Assembly: GCA_964229335.1 (NCBI GenBank)
Contig: CAXRCZ010000007.1
Location: 62,717-126,716, forward strand
Reading direction: 5' to 3'
Length of the DNA stretch: 64,000 nt
Source: Minisyncoccia bacterium
Lineage (GTDB): Bacteria > Patescibacteriota > Minisyncoccia > Phycocordibacterales > UBA918
Part shown: positions 9,421-20,365 of the stretch, one piece after another
Position numbering within the stretch: the first letter of the stretch is position 1
Layout: the number at the start of each line of letters is the position of its first letter
Made by a program: the position numbers and the translations under genes
The notes under the pieces: generated by a model
The model's database searches: none
Seen by the model: only the letters and a program-made list of their open reading frames with translations
What the model was told of the DNA's origin: nothing

Positions 9421-10212
9421 ATGAATCCTTCTGATAATTCAGACCAAAAAGAAACCACTACCACAGCTACTGAACCAGTAGCTACTCCAGTTGAGTCCGG
9501 TACCAAAAAACCGGCTTGGATGTATTATGCTATAGCGGCGATTGTACTAATTATCCTAGCGTTGGGGTTGTTGTATGTGATGGAAAAGCAAGGTAAAACC
9601 GACACCGGCCTATTTGATTCAATTTTGACCATGCAGTCACAGCAAGTCACTGTCGCATTGGTTAATGGACAAAGTATTTCTCAATATGAGTTAGACACTA
9701 GTATCGAACAGTTGTCTGCCGGAGCTGCTTCACAGGGAATTGATCAAAATGATCCTCAAGTGCAACAAGGTCTTCGCGATCAAGCGCTTGAAGTCTTGAT
9801 TAACACAGAGTTGCTTCGACAAGAAGCTGAACGTCGAGGAGTGACAGTTACAGATGAAGAGGTGCAAGCACGCTTAGACGCACTAGTACAACAGGTTGGT
9901 GGCGAAGAAGTTTTGGCTGAAAGAATGGAAGAGTTCGGAGTGAGTATGGAGACCTTGGAGTCAGATATTCGCAGTGAGCTCGCTATCCAAAAAGTACTCG
10001 ACGCAGTCTTTGCTGAAAGAGAAATCACAGTAACTGAAGAAGAAATAAATGAGTACTACACAGCCGCTGGTGGAGAAGAAGCTGGCCTACCTCCACTTCA
10101 GGAAGTGCGGGACCAAGTTGAACTAGAAGTTCAAAATACCAAACAACAAGAAATCATAAACGAACTCATCACTGAATTACGCGCCTCAGCCACTATCGAA
10201 ATAATTGAATAG
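9421..10212 (+). CDS. SurA/PrsA N-terminal-domain chaperone-like membrane-anchored protein
   Basis: One TM; VALVNGQSIS, LINTELLRQEAERRGVTVTDEEV. Confidence 0.85.
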   Translation: MNPSDNSDQKETTTTATEPVATPVESGTKKPAWMYYAIAAIVLIILALGLLYVMEKQGKTDTGLFDSILTMQSQQVTVALVNGQSISQYELDTSIEQLSAGAASQGIDQNDPQVQQGLRDQALEVLINTELLRQEAERRGVTVTDEEVQARLDALVQQVGGEEVLAERMEEFGVSMETLESDIRSELAIQKVLDAVFAEREITVTEEEINEYYTAAGGEEAGLPPLQEVRDQVELEVQNTKQQEIINELITELRASATIEIIE

Positions 10213-10280
10213 ATTGCTTTGCACACGTCTAGCGCGTTTTCTTCATATACTCCAATAAGGACTTGGTATACTTATTGGTA

Positions 10281-11534
10281 ATGTCCGAGTCCCTTCAAGC
10301 AATCGCTCACGCTATTACATACCACCCACAGGAACGGATAAAGATGCTGCAGAATCTACCGCAGTCTCAGCGCAGCGCGGTATTTGAATTACTCTCACCG
10401 TATGTGCAGCAGTCTATCTTGCGACATCTTCATGATCACGAAATAGTCGAATTACTTGATAATCTTGACTTACGTCACGCCGAACAAGCTCTGGCTCGTC
10501 TGAAGAATGTTAAAAGAAGGGTTCGTATTGTACGAAAATTAAAAGGAGAGGTGAGAGAAAAAGCCGAATATTTTTTGCGGTTTCATCCACAAGCTACGCT
10601 GTCCCTGATTAATTTCGATTACTTGTTTGTGTCTGGTGACAAAACACTGGCCCAAGCGGCTGACTTAATTGAGAGTCATTACGAAGAAACAGGAAAGTAT
10701 CCGGAACTACTGGTGCATGAGCACGGCGATTTGATTGGGGAGGTGACGTTTGCGACGTTAGTGCGAGAAAGAAATAATGCTAAGTTAAAAAATTTTGTAC
10801 ATCCGATAAGTACTATTTCTTATCAAACCGAACCGGCCAAAATCGTCGATCATTTGGTCACCACTAAAAATAAAAAGGTAGTGGTACAAGACCACGACAA
10901 CAGCATTATCGGCATCATATACGCTGATACGATGAAGTCACTATTTGGAGAATTACCAGCTGAAGCACTCTATGATTTCGCTGGAGTTGATGATAGCGAG
11001 CGACCGTTTGATTCAGTGGGTAAAAAAGTCTCACACCGCTATCGGTGGTTGATACTCAACTTACTAACTGCTTTTGGGGCCGGGGCAGTAGTTTTGCTGT
11101 TCCAAGATACGCTCGACACCCTGACCATTTTGTCAGTGTACATTCCAATTATGGCTGGTATGGGCGGTAATGCTGCAACTCAGTCTTTTGCCATTATGGT
11201 TCGAGGCTTAACTCTTGGCACGGTGTCATTGCAATCTGCTGGACCAGCTATTGTAAGAGAGTTTATCGCTGGCGGATTTAATGGTGTGATTATCGGGGCT
11301 ATAGTCGCCGTTATTTCGTGGTTGTGGAACGGAGAACCATTATTAGGAATAGTAGTAGGATTAGCTTTGATAATTGCTCATGCTATAGCAGCAGTAGCCG
11401 GTGCAATTGTGCCACTACTAATGAAGAATTTGGGGTATGACCCAGCTGCAACATCGACTATATTTATCACCACTATCACTGATGTGTGCGGACTCTTATT
11501 GTTGTTTGGACTAGCAACGTTAATTCTGTTGTAA
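10281..11534 (+). CDS. mgtE: Magnesium transporter MgtE
   Basis: WLILNL, GMGGNAATQS, DPAATSTIFITTITD. Confidence 0.92.
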   Translation: MSESLQAIAHAITYHPQERIKMLQNLPQSQRSAVFELLSPYVQQSILRHLHDHEIVELLDNLDLRHAEQALARLKNVKRRVRIVRKLKGEVREKAEYFLRFHPQATLSLINFDYLFVSGDKTLAQAADLIESHYEETGKYPELLVHEHGDLIGEVTFATLVRERNNAKLKNFVHPISTISYQTEPAKIVDHLVTTKNKKVVVQDHDNSIIGIIYADTMKSLFGELPAEALYDFAGVDDSERPFDSVGKKVSHRYRWLILNLLTAFGAGAVVLLFQDTLDTLTILSVYIPIMAGMGGNAATQSFAIMVRGLTLGTVSLQSAGPAIVREFIAGGFNGVIIGAIVAVISWLWNGEPLLGIVVGLALIIAHAIAAVAGAIVPLLMKNLGYDPAATSTIFITTITDVCGLLLLFGLATLILL

Positions 11535-11557
11535 GGACATAGTGGTATACTAGTGAC

Positions 11558-12115
11558 ATGAAGATTGCCGAGAGAGTGGTAATGGTAGCTTTGCTCCTAG
11601 CTATTTTGGGTGGGGGAGGAGCGCTGTATTACGCAGTCACAAAGGAGAGCGCTGCAGTACGCGATGCTGTTGCTCGAGGTGAGTATGAACAACCACTGCC
11701 GTCAGAAGAAACGGACACTACCGATCAATCTAACTGGCGGGTTTACTATCCTACTACAGTTCCAATAGTTATCGGGCCAACTACCGTTGCAGCATCCGTA
11801 GCCGATTCGTTACCAGAACGAATAAAAGGCCTCTCTGATACACCATATTTACCTGAGGGCTTGGTAAAATTATTTGCTTTTGGTGCTGCTGGCAGCCATT
11901 CGATATGGATGAAAGACATGCAATACCCACTTGATATCATATGGGTAGACAAAGAAGGGAGCATTACCCATATAGAAGAAAATATTTCACCAGAGACCTT
12001 TCCAGAATCTTTTTCTTCGCCAACACCAGCTTGGTATGTAATTGAAGCGAATGCAGGGTTTGTGGCAAGTAATAATATTACAAAGACTGACCAAGTAACT
12101 ATTGTCTTGGAATGA
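11558..12115 (+). CDS. DUF192 domain protein
   Basis: GLS, WMKDMQYPLDIIW, YVIEANAG. Confidence 0.9.
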   Translation: MKIAERVVMVALLLAILGGGGALYYAVTKESAAVRDAVARGEYEQPLPSEETDTTDQSNWRVYYPTTVPIVIGPTTVAASVADSLPERIKGLSDTPYLPEGLVKLFAFGAAGSHSIWMKDMQYPLDIIWVDKEGSITHIEENISPETFPESFSSPTPAWYVIEANAGFVASNNITKTDQVTIVLE

Positions 12116-12196
12116 TGATGTTATCCCATATTGTGCCGAAGGGTATGTTTTTGCTAAAAACTTGCATAATAGTATAAAACGTTGCATACTATGCAG

Positions 12197-12585
12197 GCAC
12201 GATGGTCGCCTAAGCTAGTAAATTGTGAACCACAATTGGATAGTTTGGGAGGAAAGTCCGAACACGCACTAGATTATCTAGTAGCCGGGTAGCGGGTAAC
12301 ACCCGTCATTTAGTCTTTGACTAAAAGAGGTGCGAGCAGAGACGTCACAATCGAAAGAAAGTGAGTTCCTTCGGGAATAGCTCTATAAGAAATTATAGAG
12401 GTGAAACGGCTAAATCCTTACCTGCGTGCAAGGCCGTGCTTTTGTCTCATGGCAAAAGAGAGCCGCATGAAATATCGAGTAATTGATATTCAAGATATAT
12501 GACCATCCTAGCCTCACTTTTTGTGTGTGTTTAGACACTAAATACGTACAAAAAGTGAGGCTACGACAGAATTCGGCTTATGTGC
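12197..12585 (+). ncRNA. rnpB: RNase P RNA
   Basis: Conserved gaggaaagtccg, gggtaacaccc, gtgaaacggc, acagaattcggctta; ends approximate. Confidence 0.93.
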
Positions 12586-12613
12586 AAAAAAGCAGCTCGC
12601 AAGAGCTGCTTTT
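12586..12613 (+). terminator. Intrinsic terminator after rnpB
   Basis: aaaaaagcagctc-gcaa-gagctgctttt. Confidence 0.8.
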
Positions 12614-12670
12614 ACTATATGATAGACTGAGTCTATAGGAGGCAACAATAGTGTTTTAAATAATTTTTAT

Positions 12671-15184
12671 ATGGCAAACCAAAATGTTTTTATCCCGCGT
12701 TCGTTTCAAAGCGAAGCACCGAAAGAACCAGAGAAACCAGTTCAAAGTGAACCGAAAAAGGACGATAAGTTGGGAAAAACGTTACATAGAATCACTCAGT
12801 ATCTAGTGGTGGCACTGGCTTTCTTATTGCCATTGTTTTTTGTGCCAGGGCTGTATGCGTCGCTTGGTTTTGACAAAGTAATTCTAGCAACTGGTCTGTC
12901 ACTAACTATTGTTGTTATTGCTAGTTTGTCTGCTTTACGTTACTCACAAGTGAGACCGGTATTGCCATTACCGTACTTTATTTTTTGGGGAATTGCGGGT
13001 ATTGCGCTCGTGAGTGCTCTTTTGTCCGGTGACATACAAGATTCTTTAGTTGGGTCATATTTCGAAATCCATACCACTGGCTTCTTGCTATTGTTAGCGT
13101 TAGTTATTACGACAACTTTGGTATTGCAACGCTCAAAAATAATGAGCCTACAAGCTTTATTGGCGCTACTAATTGGCGCAGGAGTGTTGATAATTTACAA
13201 TCTCGTTCGGTTTTTTGCCGGGCCAGTCTTGCCACTTAATAGCTTTGGTGACGTCACTGTCTCACCGCTTGGAGGACTAAATGACTTGGCGGTGTTTGCT
13301 GGTGTGACCATTATTTTGTCTCTAGTTGCTCTGTTGCAACTACCACTTAAAATGTGGACTAAAAGTCTATTAGCGTGTCTTTGTGTGGCTAGCTTGCTGG
13401 TACTCGCAGTGGTGAACTTCTTCTATATTTGGTTGGGTGTAGGTTTCTTTTCTTTATTACTACTTATCTATCTATTGTCACGAGACACATTGTTTGGTCA
13501 TGAGGACGAAACTCCGTCGACTACTACTCGTTCGCTTTTGTTAATCATATTGTCACTAGTTATTGGTGTAGTTAGTGCTGTGTTTGTGATAGCAGGAAAT
13601 TATGCTGGCAGTGTGGTATCCCAAGCCACCAATATTGATTACATTGAAGTTCGCCCTTCGCTCTCTGCTACAGCGGATATTGCGCGAGCTACCTATCAAG
13701 ACAACCTCCTATTAGGAAGCGGTCCGAATCGCTTTGCTGATATGTGGCGTCTCCATAAGGATCGTAGTATCAATGACACAAACTTCTGGAATGTTGACTT
13801 TACAGCTGGCTTTGGTTTCGTTCCAACCTACTTTATCACACTTGGTGCACTAGGCGGCGTAGCCTTTATTACGTTTCATCTAGCGTATCTATTGATGGGG
13901 TATCAAATGTTAATTAAAACTCAAATTCGTGACCAGTTCTGGTATTTTTTCGGAACAGTCACTTTTGTGGCATCGCTGCTGCTGTGGGGAGTGACGTATG
14001 TATATGTGCCAGGAGCAGCTATCTTATTGCTAACCGCTTTGTTTACTGGACTATCCTTCGTTGCGTACGGGGCACTCATGCCGGCTACCGCAATAACTAT
14101 TCCGCTTATAGGCAGTCGGCGACAAGGATTCTTATTGATGGCAATTACTGTCATTTTGGTGGTTGGTTCAGTCGTACTATTGTTCTTTGTTGGTCAACAA
14201 TATGCAGCCCAATACGAATTTACTCGCGGCCAAGTGGTCTCAGAATCAGTTGAAGAATTCGAAGGCAGTGTGGAACGTGCCTATATGCTATTCAATGACA
14301 ATCAATTTTTAGCTGGTCTGGCACAGCTAAAGCTATCAGTGATGCAAAGCCTGACGGCTATTGAAGAACCAACCGAGGCTGATCAAAACAACTTTGCAGA
14401 AACTGCACAAGAAGCAATTGTCTTGGCCGAACAAATAATCACCAACGATCCGACTGACCCTACTGGCTACGCATTGTTGGCTGATGTGTACTATCTTCTT
14501 GATCAGGCTGGCCTAGAAGGCGCCAAAGAACGCGCCGATGCTGCTTTGGCGTCAGCACAAGAGCGAGATCCAAAAGATCCAGGGTACGATCTAGCCTCTG
14601 CGGTGGTTGCATCTCGAGCCGGCAATACTGAGTTGGCTCGTGAAGAAATCGCCAATGCGCTGACTCTAAAGAGAAATTATGTCGATGCACTGTTCTTGCT
14701 CGCACAGTTAGATATTGAAGAAGGTAATATTGAATCTGCTATTGCTGCCACTACCCAAGTAGTAACACTTGAACCAAACAATCCGACTCGTTACTACCAA
14801 TTAGGAATTCTCTTGGCAGCTAACGAACAATATGATCAAGCTATTGCCGCGTATCAAGAAGCCCTACTTCGTGACAACAGCTTTGCGAATGCTCGCTATA
14901 TGTTAGCGATGGCATATGTGGCAGCAGAACAAGTTGAAGCAGCACTCGAAGAGCTAAGAATCGTCCAGTCTACGAATGAAGAAAACGAAGAACTAGCTGC
15001 TCTTATAGTTCAACTAGAGACTACCGGTACTCTACCGGCTGCAACCCAAGGATTAGAATCTCCCATTAATGAAAATGACAGCGCTGCGACTGCTGATGGG
15101 GTGGTGACTGATGAGGTTCCAGAATCAAACGTTATTTCTCCTATCAACACTAACGCAAGTTCGGGTGAAGCAGGTGCTCAGTAG
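12671..15184 (+). CDS. Polytopic membrane protein with C-terminal TPR repeats (O-antigen-ligase-like N-terminus)
   Basis: Many TMs, LLGSGPNRF motif, TPR-like helices (YYQLGILLAANEQYDQAIAAYQEAL). Confidence 0.85.
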   Translation: MANQNVFIPRSFQSEAPKEPEKPVQSEPKKDDKLGKTLHRITQYLVVALAFLLPLFFVPGLYASLGFDKVILATGLSLTIVVIASLSALRYSQVRPVLPLPYFIFWGIAGIALVSALLSGDIQDSLVGSYFEIHTTGFLLLLALVITTTLVLQRSKIMSLQALLALLIGAGVLIIYNLVRFFAGPVLPLNSFGDVTVSPLGGLNDLAVFAGVTIILSLVALLQLPLKMWTKSLLACLCVASLLVLAVVNFFYIWLGVGFFSLLLLIYLLSRDTLFGHEDETPSTTTRSLLLIILSLVIGVVSAVFVIAGNYAGSVVSQATNIDYIEVRPSLSATADIARATYQDNLLLGSGPNRFADMWRLHKDRSINDTNFWNVDFTAGFGFVPTYFITLGALGGVAFITFHLAYLLMGYQMLIKTQIRDQFWYFFGTVTFVASLLLWGVTYVYVPGAAILLLTALFTGLSFVAYGALMPATAITIPLIGSRRQGFLLMAITVILVVGSVVLLFFVGQQYAAQYEFTRGQVVSESVEEFEGSVERAYMLFNDNQFLAGLAQLKLSVMQSLTAIEEPTEADQNNFAETAQEAIVLAEQIITNDPTDPTGYALLADVYYLLDQAGLEGAKERADAALASAQERDPKDPGYDLASAVVASRAGNTELAREEIANALTLKRNYVDALFLLAQLDIEEGNIESAIAATTQVVTLEPNNPTRYYQLGILLAANEQYDQAIAAYQEALLRDNSFANARYMLAMAYVAAEQVEAALEELRIVQSTNEENEELAALIVQLETTGTLPAATQGLESPINENDSAATADGVVTDEVPESNVISPINTNASSGEAGAQ

Positions 15185-15192
15185 GAAGCGGT

Positions 15193-16869
15193 ATGGTACG
15201 CAGAGTTTTTGATCTCATGTATAAAGAAATACGCGGCTTACATCAAGCCGCGTATATCCTGGCCCTGTTTGCTATTGGTTCACAGCTACTCGCGATAGTA
15301 AGAGATAGGTTGTTAGCGCATATATTCGGCGCTGGTCCTGAACTTGATATATATTACGCTGCCTTTCGTATACCAGATTTATTGTACGTATTATTTGCCT
15401 CGATACTGTCTGTATATGTTTTGCTACCGTTTGTTAATCGAGCCGAAGAAAAGAACGGTATCGCGGCTGGTGTTGCTGTTATCAGTCAAGTATTCTCGTT
15501 ATTCTTGATTGGTTTCAGCGTTGTGGCTGGGGTATTGGCAATCACTGCGCCATGGTATGTACCATACATATTTCCCGGTTTGGCCACTGAGGCGGGTACA
15601 CTGACAGTTTTACTACAAATATTACTCTTGCAGGCCTTCTTCTTGGGACTATCCAGTCTGTGTGGGGTGGTTACCCAAATCGGACATCGGTTCGTCTTGT
15701 ATGCTATCAGTCCGTTATTTTATAACCTAGGAATTATTATCGGTATCACAGTGTTTTACCAATTCTTTGGGTTGGCTGGACTAGCGCTCGGTGTTGTTAT
15801 TGGTGCTTTGGGGCATTTGGCAATACAGATTCCATTTGTGGTTACAAGCCAGTATCGATTTACCTGGCAGCATAAAATTGAATGGAAGTTAATCAAAGAA
15901 ATTCTAGTCGTAGCGATACCACGCGGACTTACTTTATCCGTAAATCAATTGGTTTTATTGCTTTTAATTGGTATCGCAACCACCATGGCAGCGGGGTCTG
16001 TGTCGGTATTCCAGTTCGCTTTTAATTTGCAATCCGTGCCACTGGCGGTTATTGGTATGAGTTATTCAGTAGCAGCATTTCCCACACTGTCCCGTATGTT
16101 GGCAAAAGGGAAGACTAAAGAGTTTAACTTACATCTTTTGACTGCACTGCGGCACATAATATTTTGGTCAATTCCTATCATGGTCTTGATTGTGGTGTTA
16201 CGAGCGCAGATTGTACGTGTATTACTCGGTAGTGGCGCGTTTGATTGGGCAGACACAAGATTGACAGCTGCAGTGTTAGCAGTGTTCGTTATATCGTTAT
16301 TTGCACAAGCTATCTTGTTACTTTTGTTTCGAGCGTTTTATGCTGGCGGACGCACACTTGTGCCATTTTTAGTGGCTAGTATTTCTTCAGGATTAGCAAT
16401 TATCACAGCTTTCTTGTTAGTTGATTTTTATGTGACTCAGCCGGCTTGGCAAATAGCACTTAGAGATATGTTCCGTTTGCAAGATGTTATTGGAGCAGAG
16501 GTACTCATCCTTGCTTTTGCCTTTACAGTGAGTCAACTACTACAGCTAGTGATGTTAGTATTCTTGTCTCGAAAAACTTTTGGGATTAGTTATCGTCCGC
16601 TATATAAGCTTACCTTAAAGGCAATTCTAGCCAGTATGGTGGGTGGTATCATCGCCTACGCCAGTCTGACGTTTGTGGTAGACGGTATCAATCAAAACAC
16701 CTTTATTGGTATTTCACTACAAGGGCTGGTAGCTGGGGTCGCCGGAATCGTCGGTTCTGCACTAACATACTATGTACTTAGAGCACCAGAACTACAGGAA
16801 ATCTACTATTCATTTAAGTCAAAGATTCTAAAAACAGACGTCATCGCTCCTGAACCAGAACGACTCTAG
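15193..16869 (+). CDS. murJ: Lipid II flippase MurJ (MviN)
   Basis: RDRLLA, YYAAFRIPD, SVAAFPTLS, RAFYA. Confidence 0.9.
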   Translation: MVRRVFDLMYKEIRGLHQAAYILALFAIGSQLLAIVRDRLLAHIFGAGPELDIYYAAFRIPDLLYVLFASILSVYVLLPFVNRAEEKNGIAAGVAVISQVFSLFLIGFSVVAGVLAITAPWYVPYIFPGLATEAGTLTVLLQILLLQAFFLGLSSLCGVVTQIGHRFVLYAISPLFYNLGIIIGITVFYQFFGLAGLALGVVIGALGHLAIQIPFVVTSQYRFTWQHKIEWKLIKEILVVAIPRGLTLSVNQLVLLLLIGIATTMAAGSVSVFQFAFNLQSVPLAVIGMSYSVAAFPTLSRMLAKGKTKEFNLHLLTALRHIIFWSIPIMVLIVVLRAQIVRVLLGSGAFDWADTRLTAAVLAVFVISLFAQAILLLLFRAFYAGGRTLVPFLVASISSGLAIITAFLLVDFYVTQPAWQIALRDMFRLQDVIGAEVLILAFAFTVSQLLQLVMLVFLSRKTFGISYRPLYKLTLKAILASMVGGIIAYASLTFVVDGINQNTFIGISLQGLVAGVAGIVGSALTYYVLRAPELQEIYYSFKSKILKTDVIAPEPERL

Positions 16870-16930
16870 TAATTTTTATATTCTCAGGTAGAGTAAAGCC
16901 ACTGTCATCGGCTAGGATGTCACTCTTGTT

Positions 16931-18715
16931 ATGAAAAATATCAGAAATTTCAGCATTATTGCTCACATAGATCACGGAAAAAGTACTCTCGCAGATAGAA
17001 TGCTAGAGGCGACAAAAACGGTAGAAGACCGAAAAATGAAAGCCCAGGTTTTGGATTCAATGGAGCTGGAGCGTGAGCGTGGCATTACTATCAAAATGCA
17101 GCCCGTTTCTATGCAGTATCAAAATGATTCGGGAGAATTTGAATTGAATCTAATTGATACACCCGGACACATCGATTTTTCCTATGAAGTTTCTCGAGCA
17201 CTAAAAGCAGTCGAGGGTGTTTTACTGTTGGTAGACAGTACCCAAGGTATACAAGCCCAAACTCTGACCACGCTGCAAATGGCCAAGGAGCTTGGATTAG
17301 TTATCATCCCAGTTCTCACTAAGACCGACATGCCACACGCTCGCCCTGATGAAGTAGGGGAAGAAGTGACAAAATTGTTGGATTGTAATAAAGAGGACAT
17401 ACTACTAGTATCGGGAAAGACTGGTGAAGGTGTGCCAGAGCTACTCGAGGCTATATGCGCAACTATTCCAGCCCCACGGGAACCGCTAATGTCGGAATAT
17501 AGAGGATTAATTTTTGATTTTCAATACTCCAACCATCGCGGCATCATCGTGTTTATGCGAGTGTTTGATGGTTCGGTCAAAAAAGGCGATGTACTGCAAT
17601 TTGCTGCCAGTAAACGATCTTTCACGGCTTTGGATGTGGGTGTGGTCAAGCCCGAAGAAGCTCCACAATCAGAACTGACAGCCGGACAAATCGGCTATAT
17701 AGTCACCGGTATTAAAGAGCCCGGTGTGGCAAGTGTGGGGGACACCTTGATTCCTAATAAATCAGAAGTAGCACCTTTGTCTGGTCATCAGCTAGCAAGA
17801 CCAGTGGTCTGGGCGTCTATTTTTCCAGAAAACCAAGATGAGTTTACAAGTTTGAGACAAGCTCTAGAGCGCCTTAAATTATCCGACTCATCGCTTTCTT
17901 TTGAGGAAGAGTCGTCGGGTATATTAGGTCGAGGTTTCAGATGTGGATTCTTGGGGATGCTTCACCTGGAGATAATTACCGAGCGCTTGAAACGCGAGTT
18001 TGCGATTGAGATTATTATTACCGCACCATCTATTTCCTACGAGGTGACTTGGCCTGATGGGCAAACCGAAGAAATCTATGCTGCTACTCGGTTTCCTGAA
18101 CATGGAGAAAAAGCCAGTATTAAAGAACCCTGGGTACTGGGCCAGATACTGATGCCAAGTGATTATATGGGTAACATTCTTACTTTGTTATATGAGCACG
18201 AAGGGTCCGTGATAGATACTGAGGTATTTAGTGATGGCCGCACCCTCTTGTCGATTGAAATGCCACTTCGCGAACTTATGAGAGGATTCTTTGATAGATT
18301 GAAGAATGCTAGCAGCGGATACGCCTCTTTTTCTTATGAGATTGCAGAAATACGGCCAGCCAGCGTTACTAAGTTGGACGTGTTGGTAGCAGAAGAAATA
18401 GTACCAGCGTTCTCTCGAGTAGTCGGCATGTCTCGAGCTGATACTGAAGCTAAAGCGATTGTCGACAAGTTGTACAAAGCTCTGCCGCAACAGCAGTTTG
18501 TGACCAAAATTCAGGCTAAGGTCATGGGTAAAATTATTGCCACTAAAAAGCTCTCAGCCCTACGAAAGGACGTGACAGCCGGTCTCTACGGTGGTGATAT
18601 TACTCGAAAAATGAAGCTTCGAGAAAAGCAAAAGAAAGGTAAACAAAAAGCTCTAGCCCGTGGTAAAGTCCACATCCCACCATCTGTGTTTATGGGTATG
18701 TTGAAGGATGATTAG
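16931..18715 (+). CDS. lepA: Elongation factor 4
   Basis: IRNFSIIAHIDHGKSTLADR, GFRCGFLGMLH, RKDVTAGLYGGDITRK. Confidence 0.97.
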   Translation: MKNIRNFSIIAHIDHGKSTLADRMLEATKTVEDRKMKAQVLDSMELERERGITIKMQPVSMQYQNDSGEFELNLIDTPGHIDFSYEVSRALKAVEGVLLLVDSTQGIQAQTLTTLQMAKELGLVIIPVLTKTDMPHARPDEVGEEVTKLLDCNKEDILLVSGKTGEGVPELLEAICATIPAPREPLMSEYRGLIFDFQYSNHRGIIVFMRVFDGSVKKGDVLQFAASKRSFTALDVGVVKPEEAPQSELTAGQIGYIVTGIKEPGVASVGDTLIPNKSEVAPLSGHQLARPVVWASIFPENQDEFTSLRQALERLKLSDSSLSFEEESSGILGRGFRCGFLGMLHLEIITERLKREFAIEIIITAPSISYEVTWPDGQTEEIYAATRFPEHGEKASIKEPWVLGQILMPSDYMGNILTLLYEHEGSVIDTEVFSDGRTLLSIEMPLRELMRGFFDRLKNASSGYASFSYEIAEIRPASVTKLDVLVAEEIVPAFSRVVGMSRADTEAKAIVDKLYKALPQQQFVTKIQAKVMGKIIATKKLSALRKDVTAGLYGGDITRKMKLREKQKKGKQKALARGKVHIPPSVFMGMLKDD

Positions 18716-18717
18716 AT

Positions 18718-18837
18718 TTACACCGCTCCTACACCACCAGAATAGGCAAAAATCATGCTGATTGCGATAATGGCTGCAAACACAATCCAAACCCACTTCA
18801 CCGCTTTCTTGCCACGTTTATGAAATAGTATACTCAT
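18718..18837 (-). CDS. Small membrane protein (39 aa)
   Basis: Basic N-terminus plus one TM. Confidence 0.55.
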   Translation of the reverse strand: MSILFHKRGKKAVKWVWIVFAAIIAISMIFAYSGGVGAV

Positions 18838-18940
18838 ACGCTCTATTCTACCTGAAGATACTAATAATTTTAAGGGTTGATGGTAGTATAGTAGTGGTGT
18901 GTCTTTCCACACAGATTTATGTCTGCGAAAGATTATATTG

Positions 18941-19000
18941 GCCGCTCGTTACAGCCATAATCTCCCTTGATAGGTCGATTCTGGCTAAACGCCGGCATAA
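18941..19000 (+). repeat. 60-nt hairpin motif, copy A
   Basis: 55/60 identical to revcomp of 40878-40937. Confidence 0.85.
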
Positions 19001-19039
19001 ATTCGCAATATTCGTGTTATCACACTCATTTGCTCATTC

Positions 19040-19423
19040 ATGTTTGATTTTTACCAAAAACGGAAAATCAGAGCTGTTCTAACTTCTGTCTATACCAGAA
19101 TATTTTTGCTGATACTGGCCGTTCTGGTGGCTATGAGTGCCTATACGAGGTACAACATTGCTGATCAAATGTCAGACCGCAGAGCTGAAGCTGAACGAGA
19201 AGTAGAGGAACTACAAACCCGCAAGGTAGAACTAGAAGAAAAAGTAAAATACCTCAAAGATGACCGCGGAATGGAGGCGGAAATGAGAAGACAGTTTGAT
19301 GTGGCCCTACCTGAAGAAGAAGTAGTGGTGATAGTAGACGCTGAAAATGACCAGGGAGCAAATGTAATACTGCCCCTAGAGGCTCAAACCGAAGAGAGAA
19401 AATGGTACGAATTCTGGCGATAA
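19040..19423 (+). CDS. Septum formation initiator (FtsB/DivIC-like)
   Basis: TM, coiled coil, then EAEMRRQFDVALPEEEVV. Confidence 0.8.
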   Translation: MFDFYQKRKIRAVLTSVYTRIFLLILAVLVAMSAYTRYNIADQMSDRRAEAEREVEELQTRKVELEEKVKYLKDDRGMEAEMRRQFDVALPEEEVVVIVDAENDQGANVILPLEAQTEERKWYEFWR

Positions 19424-19485
19424 GTCGCTTACGGCGTCTCGGTAAATTTGGTATACTATAGCAGTTAAGATATAAACTCATATTT

Positions 19486-19719
19486 ATGGAAGTAGCAATT
19501 TACACCACCCCAGTTTGTCATTTTTGTCAGTCAGCGAAAGAATTTTTCAAGGATCACAATATTGAGTATACCGAACACGATGTAGCCGCTGATGCTGAAA
19601 AACGTGAAGAAATGATTGAAATGACTGGTCAAATGGGAGTGCCAGTGATACGAATAGGGGATGATGTTCTTATCGGGTTTGATGAACCAAAGCTAAAAGA
19701 ACTACTGGAGATAGAATAA
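19486..19719 (+). CDS. Glutaredoxin (NrdH/YruB-like)
   Basis: CHFC, GQMGVPVI, IGFD. Confidence 0.93.
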   Translation: MEVAIYTTPVCHFCQSAKEFFKDHNIEYTEHDVAADAEKREEMIEMTGQMGVPVIRIGDDVLIGFDEPKLKELLEIE

Positions 19720-19733
19720 TTTATAGAGATAAT

Positions 19734-19773
19734 AAAATCACCGCGTTAATGCATGCATTAACGCGGTGATTTT
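19734..19773. terminator. 40-bp perfect palindrome, probable bidirectional terminator
   Basis: aaaatcaccgcgttaatgca|tgcattaacgcggtgatttt between convergent genes. Confidence 0.7.
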
Positions 19774-19842
19774 TTGTTACAGTGAAAAATAAGAGAAAAC
19801 ACCCACCGAAGCGGATGAGTCTCCCGCTTGCGCGTAGGTGTT

Positions 19843-20271
19843 TTAGTTTGGGCTATATTCGCGCCAAGGTACGACAGCTCCGTTGAGAGCAATATAGACA
19901 CCTTTAGGAAGGTGCCGGATCGACCCTACCGCCATACCGAAGTTGAAGTCGACATCGGAACCAGGCTCACCTTCAGGCACACGACATCCAACAAGGACGA
20001 TGGTACGAGCCCTGATTTCAGCAAGATGAGCAGCAGCTCGTTGTATTTTGTCGATATCGTGAATGACGATGTGGTTCGAGAAGTTCGCCTTGATGATGTA
20101 GTGTTCTGCAGTATCATAGCTGGCTTGCTTTCCGGTACAGGCTGGACAGAACATCACAGCCTCATCTTTAATGTGAGCTCGATCCAAAAGTGACTGGAGC
20201 GAGCGGCAGAAATTCTTGTATTCTCCATAAGGCATAATGCCAATCATTTCAAGACCCATCTGCGCCTCCAA
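19843..20271 (-). CDS. Hypothetical protein resembling short asparaginase-domain proteins
   Basis: TIVLVG...SDVDFNFGMA...LPKGVYIALNG; start uncertain. Confidence 0.55.
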   Translation of the reverse strand: MEAQMGLEMIGIMPYGEYKNFCRSLQSLLDRAHIKDEAVMFCPACTGKQASYDTAEHYIIKANFSNHIVIHDIDKIQRAAAHLAEIRARTIVLVGCRVPEGEPGSDVDFNFGMAVGSIRHLPKGVYIALNGAVVPWREYSPN

Positions 20272-20365
20272 TTTTTAGGGTGCTATAAACTATCTAAATA
20301 ATACACTAAAATAACGAACTGTCAAGTAATATTGCTAAATCACATTAGTTTCTTATCTAAAAGAA

